A stretch of 64,000 nucleotides of DNA from Candidatus Latescibacterota bacterium (GTDB lineage: Bacteria > Latescibacterota > UBA2968 > UBA8231). The position numbers were made by a program, and so were the translations under genes. The stretch is from positions 4,320,001-4,384,000 of the forward strand of contig OZ241362.1 in assembly GCA_965200315.1 (NCBI GenBank), written 5' to 3'. This document shows positions 49,648 to 61,000 of the stretch, in pieces. How positions within the stretch are numbered: position 1 is the stretch's first letter; the number at the start of each line of letters is the position of its first letter. The notes under the pieces were generated by a model that saw nothing but the letters and a program-made list of their open reading frames with translations, had not been told where the DNA came from and searched no databases.

Positions 49648-49805
49648 CGTGTGCTCCTCTGTTAAGGGTTTGAGGCCGCGAATCTGCAAAATGCCGCTGT
49701 GCGCGTCAATGTGGCTGTGCGGTTGGTTTGTCCGTACCCTACTCTATCACTATAGTTGAACGAAACGAAATTGTCCTCTACGCAGTTAAAACCCTTCATA
49801 GCCAG

Positions 49806-52800
49806 ATGGAAATAAAACTAACGAAAAAAGACCTAGCCTTCATCGGCGGCTGCGTGCTCATTGCCGCCGTTAGCTTGGCCGTTGGAGTTCACTATTTCTA
49901 CCGGGCCTTTCCCGAAGCCTCGATCGACTTCCGCGTCACCCGCGACGAGGCCAAGGAGCAAGCGGTCGATTTTATCGCCGCCCGCGGCTTTGATCTGGCC
50001 GACTATCGCCACAGCGCCATTTTCCGCTACGACGACCAGACCAAGACCTTTCTCGAGCGCGAGTTGGGTCTGGAGGGGGCCACGCAGGTCATTGGCGATC
50101 CCGTGCAGTTGTGGCGCTGGAGCAACCGCTGGGTGCGGGAGTTGGAAAAGGAGGAGTTTCAGGCCACGGTTACGACGGCTGGCGAACTCGTCAGTTTTAG
50201 TCACCTCGTCGAGGAGGAAGCACCCGGCGCGAGCCTAGAAGAAGCCGAAGCCCGCCGTTTGGCCGAGTCTTTTCTCACCGACGAACTTGGCCGCGACCTC
50301 GCCGCGCTCGAATTCGTAGAGGTGCAGACGCAGGAACGACCCAACCGCATCGACCACACCTTTAGCTGGAAACTGCGCGACTTTGCCGTTAGCGAGGCCT
50401 ACTACCGCTTCTACGTGCGTCTGCAAGGCGACCAGATCGGCGGCTTTGGCGAGTATCTCAAAATCCCCGAGGCTTGGCAGCGCGACTTCGCCGAGTTGCG
50501 GTCGCGCAACGAGACCACGGGCTTGGTGGCTACGACTTTACTCATCCTAACCATACTGGCGATGCTGGTCTCGTTCTTTAGCGGCGTCCGCACCCGAGAC
50601 ATCCGCTGGAAAACTGCGGCGGTCTTCGGGGGCATCGCCGCGGTCCTGACGCTGCTGGCCGAACTCAACAACCTGCCGCTGACCTCGTTTAGCTACGACA
50701 CGACCGATACCTACGGGTCTTTTCTGACACGCCAGTTGCTCAACAGTCTTTTTGCTGCCGCGGCCCAAGGCATCCTCATCTTCTTTCTCACAGCGGCTGC
50801 CGAGCCTTTGTACCGACGCTACTACGCGAACCAAATCCAGATCGGGGGCCAGTTTACGCCAGCGGGCCTGCGCACCAAGCGCTTTCTCCTCGGCACCATT
50901 CTCGGCTTGGCCATGACCCCCGCCTTCTTGGCCTACCAAGTACTATTTTACATCACGGCCGAGCAATTCGGCGCTTGGAGCCCGGCGGACATTCCCTACA
51001 GAGAGATGGTCAACACCTATATCCCGTGGATCATGGTGCTGCTGATCGGCTTTATGCCCGCGGTCTCCGAGGAGTTCATCTCCCGGGCGTTTTCGATTCC
51101 CTTCCTCCACAAATACCTCAAGTCGCGCTGGGCTGCGGTTTTTATTGCGGCTCTTATATGGGGGTTCGCCCATGCCGGCTATCCTCAGCAGCCCTTTTAC
51201 ATTCGCGGCATTGAGGTGGGCATCGCCGGTATTGTCGTCGGCTATATCTTCCTCCGCTTCGGGATTTTGGCTCCTCTCGTATGGCACTACACGATCGACG
51301 CTCTGTACACGTCCCTCATCCTCTTCCGCTCGTCCAACAGCTACTTCGTCGTTTCAGCGGCCTTGTCGGCGGGCCTGATGCTCCTGCCCTTGGCGGTAGC
51401 TCTCGTCCTCTACCTGCGGCAGCGCCGCTTCGCCGACCCAACGCCCTTGCTCAACAAAAGCGCAGCTCCCGCCGAGGCAGTGGTCGCGGACGAGCCTACA
51501 GCGCGACAGCCGGCCGCCCCGGAAGCCACGTTTGCCTACACCCCGCTGTCTAAACGACTCATGGGTTGGGCCGCCGCGGTGGTCGTGGCCTCGCTGGGCT
51601 TTTTTGCCCTCGACTACGACAAGCCGCTCGACTTTGTCGATGTTCGCCTAACTCGGGGCGAGGCCGAGGCCAAGGCCGTTGAGTACCTAAAGGCGACCGG
51701 CGCGGAGCCCTCGGCATACGAGGTGGTCACCTACTATCAAAACCAACCGAATACACTGGCGATTCGCTACATCCTAGAGCGCGACTCGGTGGCCGTCGTC
51801 AATCGCCTATACCAAGAAGAGCTGTTGGCCAGCTTGTGGGTGACGCGCTTTTTCCGCTATGGAGAGAAGGAAGAATACAGGGTAGCCGTCCATCCCGAAG
51901 ACGGCTCCCTCTACAGCATAAACCACCTGCTGGCCGAAGAGGGCGAGGGCGCAGACCTCAAAGAGGCACAAGCTCAGGCAATAGCTGTCCAGCACCTGCG
52001 CTCTTTCGGCCTCGATCCCGAGCGCTTGGACCTGAAGGAAGCCTCGTCGGAAAAGCTGCCCAACCGCCGCGACCACCGCTTTGTTTTCGAGGCTGTCGAG
52101 GGCGACCCGCGCAATGTCGATGAGCTACGCTACCGAGTGCGGGTGGAAATCGCCGGCGACGAGCCGGTTTCTATCTATCGCTTCCTCAAAGTGCCTGAGG
52201 ATTGGCAGCGTGTGCGCCAAGAGAGCACCACGCTCAAAACCGCGCTTTCCGGCCTGCTCATCGTCTTAATTGCGGCCGTGGTGCTCCACGGCCTGTGGCT
52301 GCTCGTGCGCCGCGTGCGGAACGAGGGCATAGTTTGGGCACCGCTGATCAAAATCGCCGCGATTGGTGCGGCCTTCTTCTTACTCGAATTTCTCAATGGA
52401 CTGTCGGTTGTCGAACGCGCTTACGATACCCGCCTCACGCTGTCGATCTTTACCATCACCCAGATACTCAGCATGGCCTTGGTCAGCTTGGGGGTTGGCC
52501 TGATGATTCTCGCGGCTCTCGGCTTGGCCACCAGCCTCTATCCAGACTGGCCGGCGCGCCTGCGGGCTGCGCGGCGCGTACCTGAATTCCGCGACGCGGT
52601 CATCGGGGTCGCGCTGGTCCTCGTGGCCAGCGAGACGTGGCAGCACTTGCGAGGCTACGTAGAGAGCCGATTCATTTCCTCGGACCCGACCCTCGGCTTT
52701 GGATTACCTTCTGGCTTGGACCAGTATTTGCCCTTTTGGGATTCCCTGTCCGACGGCGTGATGAACGCTATCTTCGTCCCGATTCTCGCCGGCTTGGTGC

Positions 52801-53147
52801 TCTACTATAGTCGCGTCATCATAAAAAAGAGGCTCTACGCAGTCGTGGCGGGCTTGGGGATAGGCTTGATTATGTCCGGCGGCAACGCCGTTCACTTCGA
52901 CGAATTCCTCTTTGAATTGTTGACGTTTGGCACCAGCATCGGCTTCGTCGTCGCTGCAATCGTCTTGCTCTTGCGGAACAACCTCCTTGCCTACGTGTTA
53001 CTGGGATTCGTCTCAGTGCTCTCGGAGGTTAGGAGCCTCGGCGCGCTGTCCGCGCCGGCCTATCAGTTGCAAGCCGGCATTCTGTTGCTGCTGACTCTGC
53101 TAGTGGTCTTCTGCTTGTGGTGGCGCTTGGGCGCTGAGTACAGGTGA
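49806..53147 (+). CDS. Large internally duplicated CPBP (CAAX/Abi) intramembrane protease
   Basis: EEFISR, FAH, WHYTID CPBP motifs in the first half; two homologous extracytoplasmic+TM modules. Confidence 0.8.
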   Translation: MEIKLTKKDLAFIGGCVLIAAVSLAVGVHYFYRAFPEASIDFRVTRDEAKEQAVDFIAARGFDLADYRHSAIFRYDDQTKTFLERELGLEGATQVIGDPVQLWRWSNRWVRELEKEEFQATVTTAGELVSFSHLVEEEAPGASLEEAEARRLAESFLTDELGRDLAALEFVEVQTQERPNRIDHTFSWKLRDFAVSEAYYRFYVRLQGDQIGGFGEYLKIPEAWQRDFAELRSRNETTGLVATTLLILTILAMLVSFFSGVRTRDIRWKTAAVFGGIAAVLTLLAELNNLPLTSFSYDTTDTYGSFLTRQLLNSLFAAAAQGILIFFLTAAAEPLYRRYYANQIQIGGQFTPAGLRTKRFLLGTILGLAMTPAFLAYQVLFYITAEQFGAWSPADIPYREMVNTYIPWIMVLLIGFMPAVSEEFISRAFSIPFLHKYLKSRWAAVFIAALIWGFAHAGYPQQPFYIRGIEVGIAGIVVGYIFLRFGILAPLVWHYTIDALYTSLILFRSSNSYFVVSAALSAGLMLLPLAVALVLYLRQRRFADPTPLLNKSAAPAEAVVADEPTARQPAAPEATFAYTPLSKRLMGWAAAVVVASLGFFALDYDKPLDFVDVRLTRGEAEAKAVEYLKATGAEPSAYEVVTYYQNQPNTLAIRYILERDSVAVVNRLYQEELLASLWVTRFFRYGEKEEYRVAVHPEDGSLYSINHLLAEEGEGADLKEAQAQAIAVQHLRSFGLDPERLDLKEASSEKLPNRRDHRFVFEAVEGDPRNVDELRYRVRVEIAGDEPVSIYRFLKVPEDWQRVRQESTTLKTALSGLLIVLIAAVVLHGLWLLVRRVRNEGIVWAPLIKIAAIGAAFFLLEFLNGLSVVERAYDTRLTLSIFTITQILSMALVSLGVGLMILAALGLATSLYPDWPARLRAARRVPEFRDAVIGVALVLVASETWQHLRGYVESRFISSDPTLGFGLPSGLDQYLPFWDSLSDGVMNAIFVPILAGLVLYYSRVIIKKRLYAVVAGLGIGLIMSGGNAVHFDEFLFELLTFGTSIGFVVAAIVLLLRNNLLAYVLLGFVSVLSEVRSLGALSAPAYQLQAGILLLLTLLVVFCLWWRLGAEYR

Positions 53148-54394
53148 TGGAGCTGATTTCCCACGCGGCCTTGCTGTGGGCATGGCTTGAACGCCTAGCG
53201 GCAGGGCTCCCGCGCTTCCTCATCTTCGCCACGGCGACGTACGTCGTCCTCTATTTTGCGACGCTGGCCTTGGTCTCTGGGGTGCATCGGCACTGGTGGC
53301 GCGTCGCTTGGTTCCGCCGTCTGTTCTACTGGCAGTTTCCCCTGACTCTATTAGGCGTGGTGTTCTGCGTCCTGAGCCGCTACCACGATGTGCCTTGGCT
53401 GTGGACCGTCGGCACGAGCCTGTTCTCGGCTCTCACTTTGTATCTCGGCGCGTTCTTCATCGCCGCCCTGCTGGTGACACCGGTCGTCTTGGGCGTCTCG
53501 CTCTACGACCGCTTGCGGCAAGGGGGGACCGAAGGGCCTAGCTCATTTGAGCGGCGGCACTTTCTCAGCCGCGGTCTCGCTGTGGTGCCTGCTCTTGGGG
53601 CGATGGGTGTCAGCCACGGAATCTACACCTCCTATACTCGCACGCGGATGCCCACAGTGCCGCTCCGCTATCCCGACCTGCCCGCCGAGTTAGAGGGCTT
53701 GAAGATTCTCCATCTCAGCGACATCCACATCGGGCCGTACGTCCAACTCGCCGACCTTGAAGCTCTGCTTGTGCAGGCGGCCCAAGCCGCACCGGACCTG
53801 ATTGTGATCACCGGCGATATATGCGACCACAACCCGGCGTACTTAGCTGCGTTGCGCCTGCTCGAAAGTGTACCGACTCGGCTCGGGGCCTACGCCAGCT
53901 TGGGCAACCACGAGTACATGCGCGGCATCCGCCGCATCCGCCGCTACTTCGACCAGACCGCGATTCCCTTGCTCGTGAACGAAGGGCTGTCGGTGCCTGT
54001 GGGCGCGGCGAGCCTCTACCTCGGCGGGGTTGACGATCCGCGCTGGCTGCGTGGCCCAGCTTCCTACGCGCAACTCCGCAACTCAGTGGAAGAGGCCGTA
54101 AGCGCGTCGCCGAGCGATGCCTTTACCTTGCTGCTGAGCCACCGTTCGCAAGCCCTCGACTACGCCGCGCCGCTCGGCAGCACCGACTTGATTTTGGCCG
54201 GCCACACGCATGGTTTTCAGCTAGGCATGGCTGGGCGCAGCTTTTTTGAGCCGTTCTTTCCCGAGCGCTATATCTGGGGACACTACGAAAAGGGAACCAC
54301 TCAGCTCTATACTACGGCCGGAGTTGGGCACTGGCTGCCCTTCCGCTTCGGCTGCCCGCCCGAGGCCCCAATCATCACTCTGCACCGAGCTTAA
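53144..54394 (+). CDS. Membrane-anchored metallophosphoesterase (YkuE-like)
   Basis: SDIH, TGD..D, GNHE, LSH, GHTHG. Confidence 0.9.
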   Translation: MMELISHAALLWAWLERLAAGLPRFLIFATATYVVLYFATLALVSGVHRHWWRVAWFRRLFYWQFPLTLLGVVFCVLSRYHDVPWLWTVGTSLFSALTLYLGAFFIAALLVTPVVLGVSLYDRLRQGGTEGPSSFERRHFLSRGLAVVPALGAMGVSHGIYTSYTRTRMPTVPLRYPDLPAELEGLKILHLSDIHIGPYVQLADLEALLVQAAQAAPDLIVITGDICDHNPAYLAALRLLESVPTRLGAYASLGNHEYMRGIRRIRRYFDQTAIPLLVNEGLSVPVGAASLYLGGVDDPRWLRGPASYAQLRNSVEEAVSASPSDAFTLLLSHRSQALDYAAPLGSTDLILAGHTHGFQLGMAGRSFFEPFFPERYIWGHYEKGTTQLYTTAGVGHWLPFRFGCPPEAPIITLHRA

Positions 54395-54409
54395 AGAAAG
54401 GAAAATGCT

Positions 54410-55108
54410 ATGCGCATACTCGTAACCGGCGCGGCCGGTAGCGTCGGTTCTACTGTAGCCTGCGGTCTCAAGGGTCGCCACGAGGTGCGCGGCCACGACC
54501 GCGTGCCCATGCCCGATTTTGCCGATACGGTCGTCTCCGACCTTACCGACTTCGACGCCATACTAGAGGCTACTCGCGGTATGGACGCCGTTGCCCACAT
54601 TGGGGGCCTGCCCGGCGGCAGCGAGTGGGAGCCCATGATGGAGAGCAACTTCATCGGCACGTACAACGTCTTTGAGGCCGCCCGCCAAAACGGCGTCAAG
54701 CGCGTCGCCTATGCCAGCCGCGCCGGTGTCTTGAGTCTCTATCCGCGCAGCATTCACCGCACGGTTGATATGACTACTACCCCGGTGGGTATCTACACGG
54801 TCAGCAAGATCTTCGGCGAGGCGCTGGCCCACTCTTTTGCCCATCAGCACGATATGGAATTTGTCTGTGTGCGCATCGGCAACTTCAACCTCAAGCGCGA
54901 CCAGCCCGAACACCCGCACCATCTAAGCCACGGCGATTGCGTCCGGGTTTTTGAGCAGGCGCTGATTCATCCGGGCGTGAAGTTTGAAATCGTTTTTGGC
55001 GTGTCGGGTAGCAACTGGCCGCTCTACGATGTCGAACACGGCAAACGGGCGATTGGCTACGAGCCGCAGGATTATTCGGAGGTGCCGGAGGAGGAGTGGG
55101 GGAAGTAG
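54410..55108 (+). CDS. NAD-dependent epimerase/dehydrogenase (uronate dehydrogenase-like)
   Basis: TGAAGSVG, YTVSK, VRIG. Confidence 0.85.
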   Translation: MRILVTGAAGSVGSTVACGLKGRHEVRGHDRVPMPDFADTVVSDLTDFDAILEATRGMDAVAHIGGLPGGSEWEPMMESNFIGTYNVFEAARQNGVKRVAYASRAGVLSLYPRSIHRTVDMTTTPVGIYTVSKIFGEALAHSFAHQHDMEFVCVRIGNFNLKRDQPEHPHHLSHGDCVRVFEQALIHPGVKFEIVFGVSGSNWPLYDVEHGKRAIGYEPQDYSEVPEEEWGK

Positions 55109-55233
55109 GGCTGCTTAGCACCGATTACAGGAAGCCTTGTAACTACTAGAGCTAGTTACTCTTATTGAAGTGGCTGATAGTAATGAGTGCTTCGCTGATT
55201 GGAGCGACAAGCTATGAACACCATTCACACTTC

Positions 55234-55262
55234 TTGACGAGCTTCAGCATTAAGAGTATTAT
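55234..55262 (+). promoter_or_regulatory. Sigma70-type promoter of the dynamin operon
   Basis: TTGACG (55234-39), 17-bp spacer, TATTAT (55257-62), ~85 bp upstream of the ATG. Confidence 0.65.
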
Positions 55263-55348
55263 AAACCTCCAAGTCAAAACCCCGAGCCGAAGAAGCGTTC
55301 TTGAAATCTCTCCTTACTAGCTAATTTTATGAGAAGGAAAGTTGAGCA

Positions 55349-57442
55349 ATGGATTACGAAAAACTCAAATCACATCAGACGGTTTTGCTAGACGTTTATA
55401 CATCCTTGAGTGAAACCCTTGAAGAAAAGGGAGATGAGATCTATTCGGAACTAAAGGCGATGAATGAGAATATAGAGGCGGAAAAATTTTTGCTCGCCGT
55501 CGTTGGAGAAGTAAAAGCAGGAAAATCGACCTTTATTAACGCGCTGCTCGGAGAAGAAATGTTGCCTTTTGATACTTTGCAAGCCACCTCTGAGATAGTT
55601 GAGATTTGTCACTCCGAAAAAAAAGAAGTTCAAGTAACCTTCGCTAATGGCACAACGCAAATAGTTGAGGATGATCCAGAAACGCCCCAAAATGAAGTAG
55701 TGCCATTTCTTAAAGAGATTGCTTCTGTCAACGAGGAATATCGCGACATCCCAATCGTTCAGGTCAATAGATTCTTGATTGATCATTATAGAGAGGCGGA
55801 GAGAAAAGCTGTATTTGAGGAGGTAAAATTAGAGGATTTCATTTCTGATCCTAGGCTTGAAAATACACACAATCTGGGAAAAGAGGAATTTGGAAACAAA
55901 ATTCATGAGTATATCGAGAAAAATATCTCATGTGATGAGATTCCCGAAAGAATCACTCTCGGTTATCCACATACTTTTTCTGAGTTCAAGCACTTTAGGA
56001 TTGTAGATACTCCGGGGATCAATGCGATTGGCGGAATAGAGGACCAAACGAAGGAGTTTATAAACCAAGCTGATGCGGTTATCTATCTGCATAAAGCAGG
56101 TCAGCTAGAAAGTAAAGCACTCCGTGATGCATTAGAAAATGAACTTTCTGAAAGAGTTAAAGATCGTATGATACTCGTCTTGACTCATGGAAGTCAGAGT
56201 GATGAAAATGAACGTAAGAGAATATTAGAGGCGACTGATAGTTATTATTCTAAGATCGGTTCAGATAATATCTTTTTTGTCGATAGTCTGACTGAGTTGT
56301 ATCTGCAAATTTTTTTCTATAACAAATCGATAGACGAAATCAAGGCTATTCGCAGGGAATATCCAGAGATAAGACGTTTAACTGCTGATTGTTTTGAGAT
56401 GGCGGAAGGAGACCAAAACGAGTTTTTCAGATTGTTAGAAAAGCAGGCGAACTTCAATCCGATTCGAGAAAGAATTAAAAAGGATGCACAAAATTCTGCT
56501 TCTATTCAAATGAAGGACTTTGCCGATGCCATACAAGAGCAATATGAAGCTCTTAACAATGAAATGGATGCATACATAGAATTTTTAAAAAGAGAAAATC
56601 AATCCCCTCAGTCTTTTGCATCGGAGATAAAAAAACAGAAATGTGAAATGGAAAGAATGAGAATTGATTACAATGAATTTACATCCAAACTTAGGGAAGA
56701 ATTCTCTCCCCGCGGTATGAATAGCAGGTACTATAAAAAAATAGATAAATTAGTGAAAAAATTTATTAATGAAATCAGTATGAAAGAATTTGACCCCAAC
56801 CAGCATAATGAAAAAACTATCCTGTCTTATTGCGAGAAATTGCGCCAAGATTTTAGTGATAAAATAACCAATTTTGTTGATTCACTAGAGGCAGACTTTA
56901 AAAAAACAATAGTGGATAGAAATGTTGAAGCGCAAAGTGATTACTCAATAACCGTGCCAATAATACCTCTGGGCAAGATATGGAATACCGCGTTCTTTTC
57001 AGCCCAGAATGAGAAAAATAAGCAATTAGACGAAGTAGAGAAGAGTAAAAAATCTTGGTCTGATTATTGGGAGATGCCTTTTGGGACGTCAATTTTAGTT
57101 ATAATAATAGATATAATAAAAAAAGAAAAAATAAAAGACAACATAATAAAAGACTTTCCGCAAAATCTTTGGGATAAAGTGAAGGGAGAACTCAAATCAA
57201 ATATCATAAAGGGTAAAACACGATTACAAGAAGAAATTGATGCGATGGTAGAGAGGTTCTGTGACGAATATAAGTATGGATTCGGTGGAGAACTTAAAAG
57301 GCGAAAACAGGATATGGAGGATATTGAAAAGAAGGAAAAAACAAATGAAGAGTTACATGGGGATATTTTAACTATGGAAGCTGAAAAAAAAAGCATCGAA
57401 GCCAATATCGATAAATGTGTAAGCGTCAAAAGGGAGCTGTGA
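55349..57442 (+). CDS. Bacterial dynamin-like GTPase
   Basis: G1 GEVKAGKS, G2 QAT, G3 DTPG; long helical stalk with a hydrophobic paddle FGTSILVIIIDII. Confidence 0.9.
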   Translation: MDYEKLKSHQTVLLDVYTSLSETLEEKGDEIYSELKAMNENIEAEKFLLAVVGEVKAGKSTFINALLGEEMLPFDTLQATSEIVEICHSEKKEVQVTFANGTTQIVEDDPETPQNEVVPFLKEIASVNEEYRDIPIVQVNRFLIDHYREAERKAVFEEVKLEDFISDPRLENTHNLGKEEFGNKIHEYIEKNISCDEIPERITLGYPHTFSEFKHFRIVDTPGINAIGGIEDQTKEFINQADAVIYLHKAGQLESKALRDALENELSERVKDRMILVLTHGSQSDENERKRILEATDSYYSKIGSDNIFFVDSLTELYLQIFFYNKSIDEIKAIRREYPEIRRLTADCFEMAEGDQNEFFRLLEKQANFNPIRERIKKDAQNSASIQMKDFADAIQEQYEALNNEMDAYIEFLKRENQSPQSFASEIKKQKCEMERMRIDYNEFTSKLREEFSPRGMNSRYYKKIDKLVKKFINEISMKEFDPNQHNEKTILSYCEKLRQDFSDKITNFVDSLEADFKKTIVDRNVEAQSDYSITVPIIPLGKIWNTAFFSAQNEKNKQLDEVEKSKKSWSDYWEMPFGTSILVIIIDIIKKEKIKDNIIKDFPQNLWDKVKGELKSNIIKGKTRLQEEIDAMVERFCDEYKYGFGGELKRRKQDMEDIEKKEKTNEELHGDILTMEAEKKSIEANIDKCVSVKREL

Positions 57443-58086
57443 TGGAACTTATCCACGCTGAGTGCATTTTCGCTGATATAGAATCTCTGATACAAGAAGT
57501 TAAAACGTATTTCAATGATCTTGACTTACAGAATATAGAAAGCGAAATATACGCATCGAGAATCGCTAACGAATTGGCTACCCGTCTCGAAAATATCAAC
57601 GGCGTCATACAGACAACACTGCTGATATATCTGGACAAAGATGCACGAAAAGAGATTTCAGGCTGGAAGCCGGTAGATCAAAATCGCTACTATGATGAGG
57701 GAATCCGGGAAAAGATTTCGTCACAAATACGTGAAACAGATTCCTTTTCTCCTCAAATTTTGCCCAAGAAATACATCAAAATTGCCTCTGGTGTTATTGC
57801 TGCCGGAGGACTTTATCGCGCCTTTTCATCTCCTGTTTCCTTCTATTCTGGGACTTTTATTTTTGGGATGTGTGTTGTGGTTGTGGCAGCAGGTATGTTT
57901 TTTTTCATTCCTCGTGTCGTGGATAAGAGCAATAAGAATAAGACTTTAGAAGAATTAGGTATTTATCTTGATGCAGTCGAGAAGAGATATAAAGAGCAGG
58001 CCCAAAAAATTATTGATGAGTATGTCTCCCTCTTCAACGAAATAACACTTGCAAAGGAAAAAGACGGTGGCAAATCTCAACAATAA
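57442..58086 (+). CDS. Helical protein with two TM/hydrophobic segments
   Basis: TGATG coupling to the dynamin; IASGVIAAGGLY and FIFGMCVVVVAAGMFFFI. Confidence 0.75.
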   Translation: MELIHAECIFADIESLIQEVKTYFNDLDLQNIESEIYASRIANELATRLENINGVIQTTLLIYLDKDARKEISGWKPVDQNRYYDEGIREKISSQIRETDSFSPQILPKKYIKIASGVIAAGGLYRAFSSPVSFYSGTFIFGMCVVVVAAGMFFFIPRVVDKSNKNKTLEELGIYLDAVEKRYKEQAQKIIDEYVSLFNEITLAKEKDGGKSQQ

Positions 58087-61000
58087 ATCATTAGCTCTTG
58101 AAAAACAAAAGGTGCAGGACCGGAAAGAGGGCGCAGAAGAACTCAATAAAATTTTTTCAGACCTTCTACCTTGGACCATTGAATCAAAAGATGCTGATAT
58201 TCTGGCAGAAAATACGATACAGGATTGGGATGGAATCAAGGGATTTCTTGATCCGATTTACTTGTTTCATATCGAAGAAATTTCTATTTCCGCAGATGCC
58301 GAAGATACGGCTGATTTGATCCATAAAAGACACCAGGCAGCAATTGTCGCCGCCTATCGGTCAGGCTATACGCTTACGACGATCATTTCAGGCGATGGGG
58401 GCGGTACTGTTGACATTTTTCTCGGCGTTAGCGGTGAGCAGGACGTGAAGGAGGTATTTGAGAAGCAGTTATTGGGGGTTTATCCCGGCAAAGGCGTCAA
58501 CTTTATGGAGGAATCCCATAACGAAAGAATCATAAGGGACAAAATAAAAAAGAAGCAATATAAACATGGCGGAGTTCTTACAGGGATACCTACACAGAAA
58601 ATAGACGGGGAAAAGCAGACATTCGACCTATCTTCGGTTATAAGAGGCATGAATGGTCAGGAATTTCTCTTGGCGATTGTCTCCCGTCCAGTTAAGAAGT
58701 CTGAGGCAGCACAACAACTCAGCGAATTGATGGAACTAAAAGATCGGTGCCATGAACTGGCAATTAGGAACATCGGTTTTGATGAGAATGTAGGTGTAAA
58801 TCAGAGCCAAGCGGTTCAAGAAACAGTGGGTGAATATGTATCTTTGGCGATATTCGGTTCTATTTCTATGGGACCTATCGGTGGGGGAGGTTCCAAAACA
58901 AAAACAGAATTCTCAAGCCATTCGGAAACAGATACCACCGGCTGGTCGAAAAGCATTGGACAAAGGCTTTCTTACGAGGCGCAGAATACTCTTGCGATGG
59001 AGTTGGAACATATCGCAGATAAGTTGATCACTAGGTTGCGTAATGGTTTGAACACCGGAATTTGGGAAAGTTTTATCACGTATGCGACTACATCCTCTAC
59101 GGCTTCGCAGATTTTATCTGGTACTCTGGCGGGGGAACTCATCAAGGCTGATCCCGAAGCCCTGCCTATGCGAAATGTCGCCGATGAGCTATCTGAAGAA
59201 GTTCCGCTCTTTATTCCCAAGCAGAGAGATGAAAAATCTCTTATAAAGGGGAATAAATTATTGTCGTTCGTGTCGAGCGATGAAGCCGCACTGCTCATGG
59301 CACCGCCGCTTTCTTCTGTGCCTGGTTATGATATCCGTGTCAAACCCGCATTGAGTCTGACAGATACCACAGTCCGATTGGGTCATCCAATTGGTCGTGT
59401 TTCTGAGCATGGAAGAATTGTGGAAGGCTCTGAGTTTAGAATTTCAAGAGAGGATGCCCGGAAACACATTTTCGTTTCTGGTCTTACCGGATCGGGGAAG
59501 ACGACCACAGTCAAGCACATTCTGGATTGCATTGACACGCCTTTCTTGGTGATTGAATCTGCTAAAAAAGAATACCGCAGATTACTATCTGAGGATAAAT
59601 ACAGAGCAAGTTTATACGTATATACTGTTGGAGATTCAAACGTTTCACCGATACGCCACAACCCCTTTATGGTCCTTCCTGGAATATCTATCATCACCCA
59701 TATTGATAATCTCAAGTCTATTTTTTACGCAAGCTTCTCGCTTTATGGGCCGATGCCCTATATACTCGAAAAATGTATTTATAACATCTACAAAGAGCGC
59801 GATTGGAATCTGACTACGGGCAAGCATCACCGCGTTACAATAGAAACTTTCGAGGACTGTCAGAATCATCGCTTTATCTATCCCACCATCAGAGATTTGA
59901 TCGATGAAGTGAACCGATATGTACAGAAAGACCTAGAATATAAGGGAGAACTAAAAGACAATATTCGCAGTGCGATTGTCGCTCGTCTCGAATCGTTAGC
60001 TGTCGGCGCGAAAGGGTTTCTCTTTAACACACACGATGCGATTGACATAGAGGGCTTTCTAGATAGAAACGTTGTGCTTGAACTCGAATCTCTTTCCGAC
60101 GATGATGATAAAGCATTCTTTGTTGGTTTGATGCTCTCTCTGGTGAGCGAATATCGACAATCTTTGACCCGTCAGAGTACTTTGGATGCCAATGATGCTC
60201 TACAGCATGTTCTGGTCATTGAAGAAGCGCACAGGCTGCTTAAAAACGTACAGACCGAGCGCACCAGTGAAATGCTGGGCAATCCCAAAGGGAAAGCCGT
60301 GGAGTCTTTTTGCAACCTCATTGCCGAGATGCGGTCTTACGGCCAAGGCGTAATTGTTGCAGAGCAAATCCCCACGAAAATAGCTCCCGATGTGATCAAG
60401 AATACCAATACAAAAATTATTCACAGGCTCGTTTCTTTGGATGACCAAATCGCCGTAGGCACAGGATTGGGGCTAGAAGAACACGAGTGTCGCTATCTAA
60501 ATCAGCTTTCTGCTGGCACAGCACTTGCACATAAAGAAGGAATGTCAAAACCCGTCGAAATTTCCGTCTTTAATAAACTTCAGAATGAGCCAATGGGAGA
60601 TCTGCGAATCGAGCGTTTGGGCAAGGAAATCAATCCATATTTAGAAACAAAACTTGAACTACACGAGAGCGGCTTGTTAGAAAGCGAACATCTGAAAGCA
60701 ATCGCTCTGAGATTGGTCAATTCGTTTTTCCTCTCAAAATTTGAACTCGACGACCTATTGCCTGATGCAGTAACAACAGTCAAAAAGATAGAGCAACTTA
60801 CGTACGTCGCAGATGAAACCATAATTCGTGCATTGCGCGAATGGTTTTATCGAAGCTTATTTTCTTCAACTTTGGGTTTTGTGAAGGAAAAACCGATTGA
60901 CCAAGAGATTTTAAGTATTGTTAGTCGGCTTTGGGACGATTCTACTCGTTTTGATCGAGGAAGATTTATATATGAATTTGATAAGTGGCTGGGAGATTGT

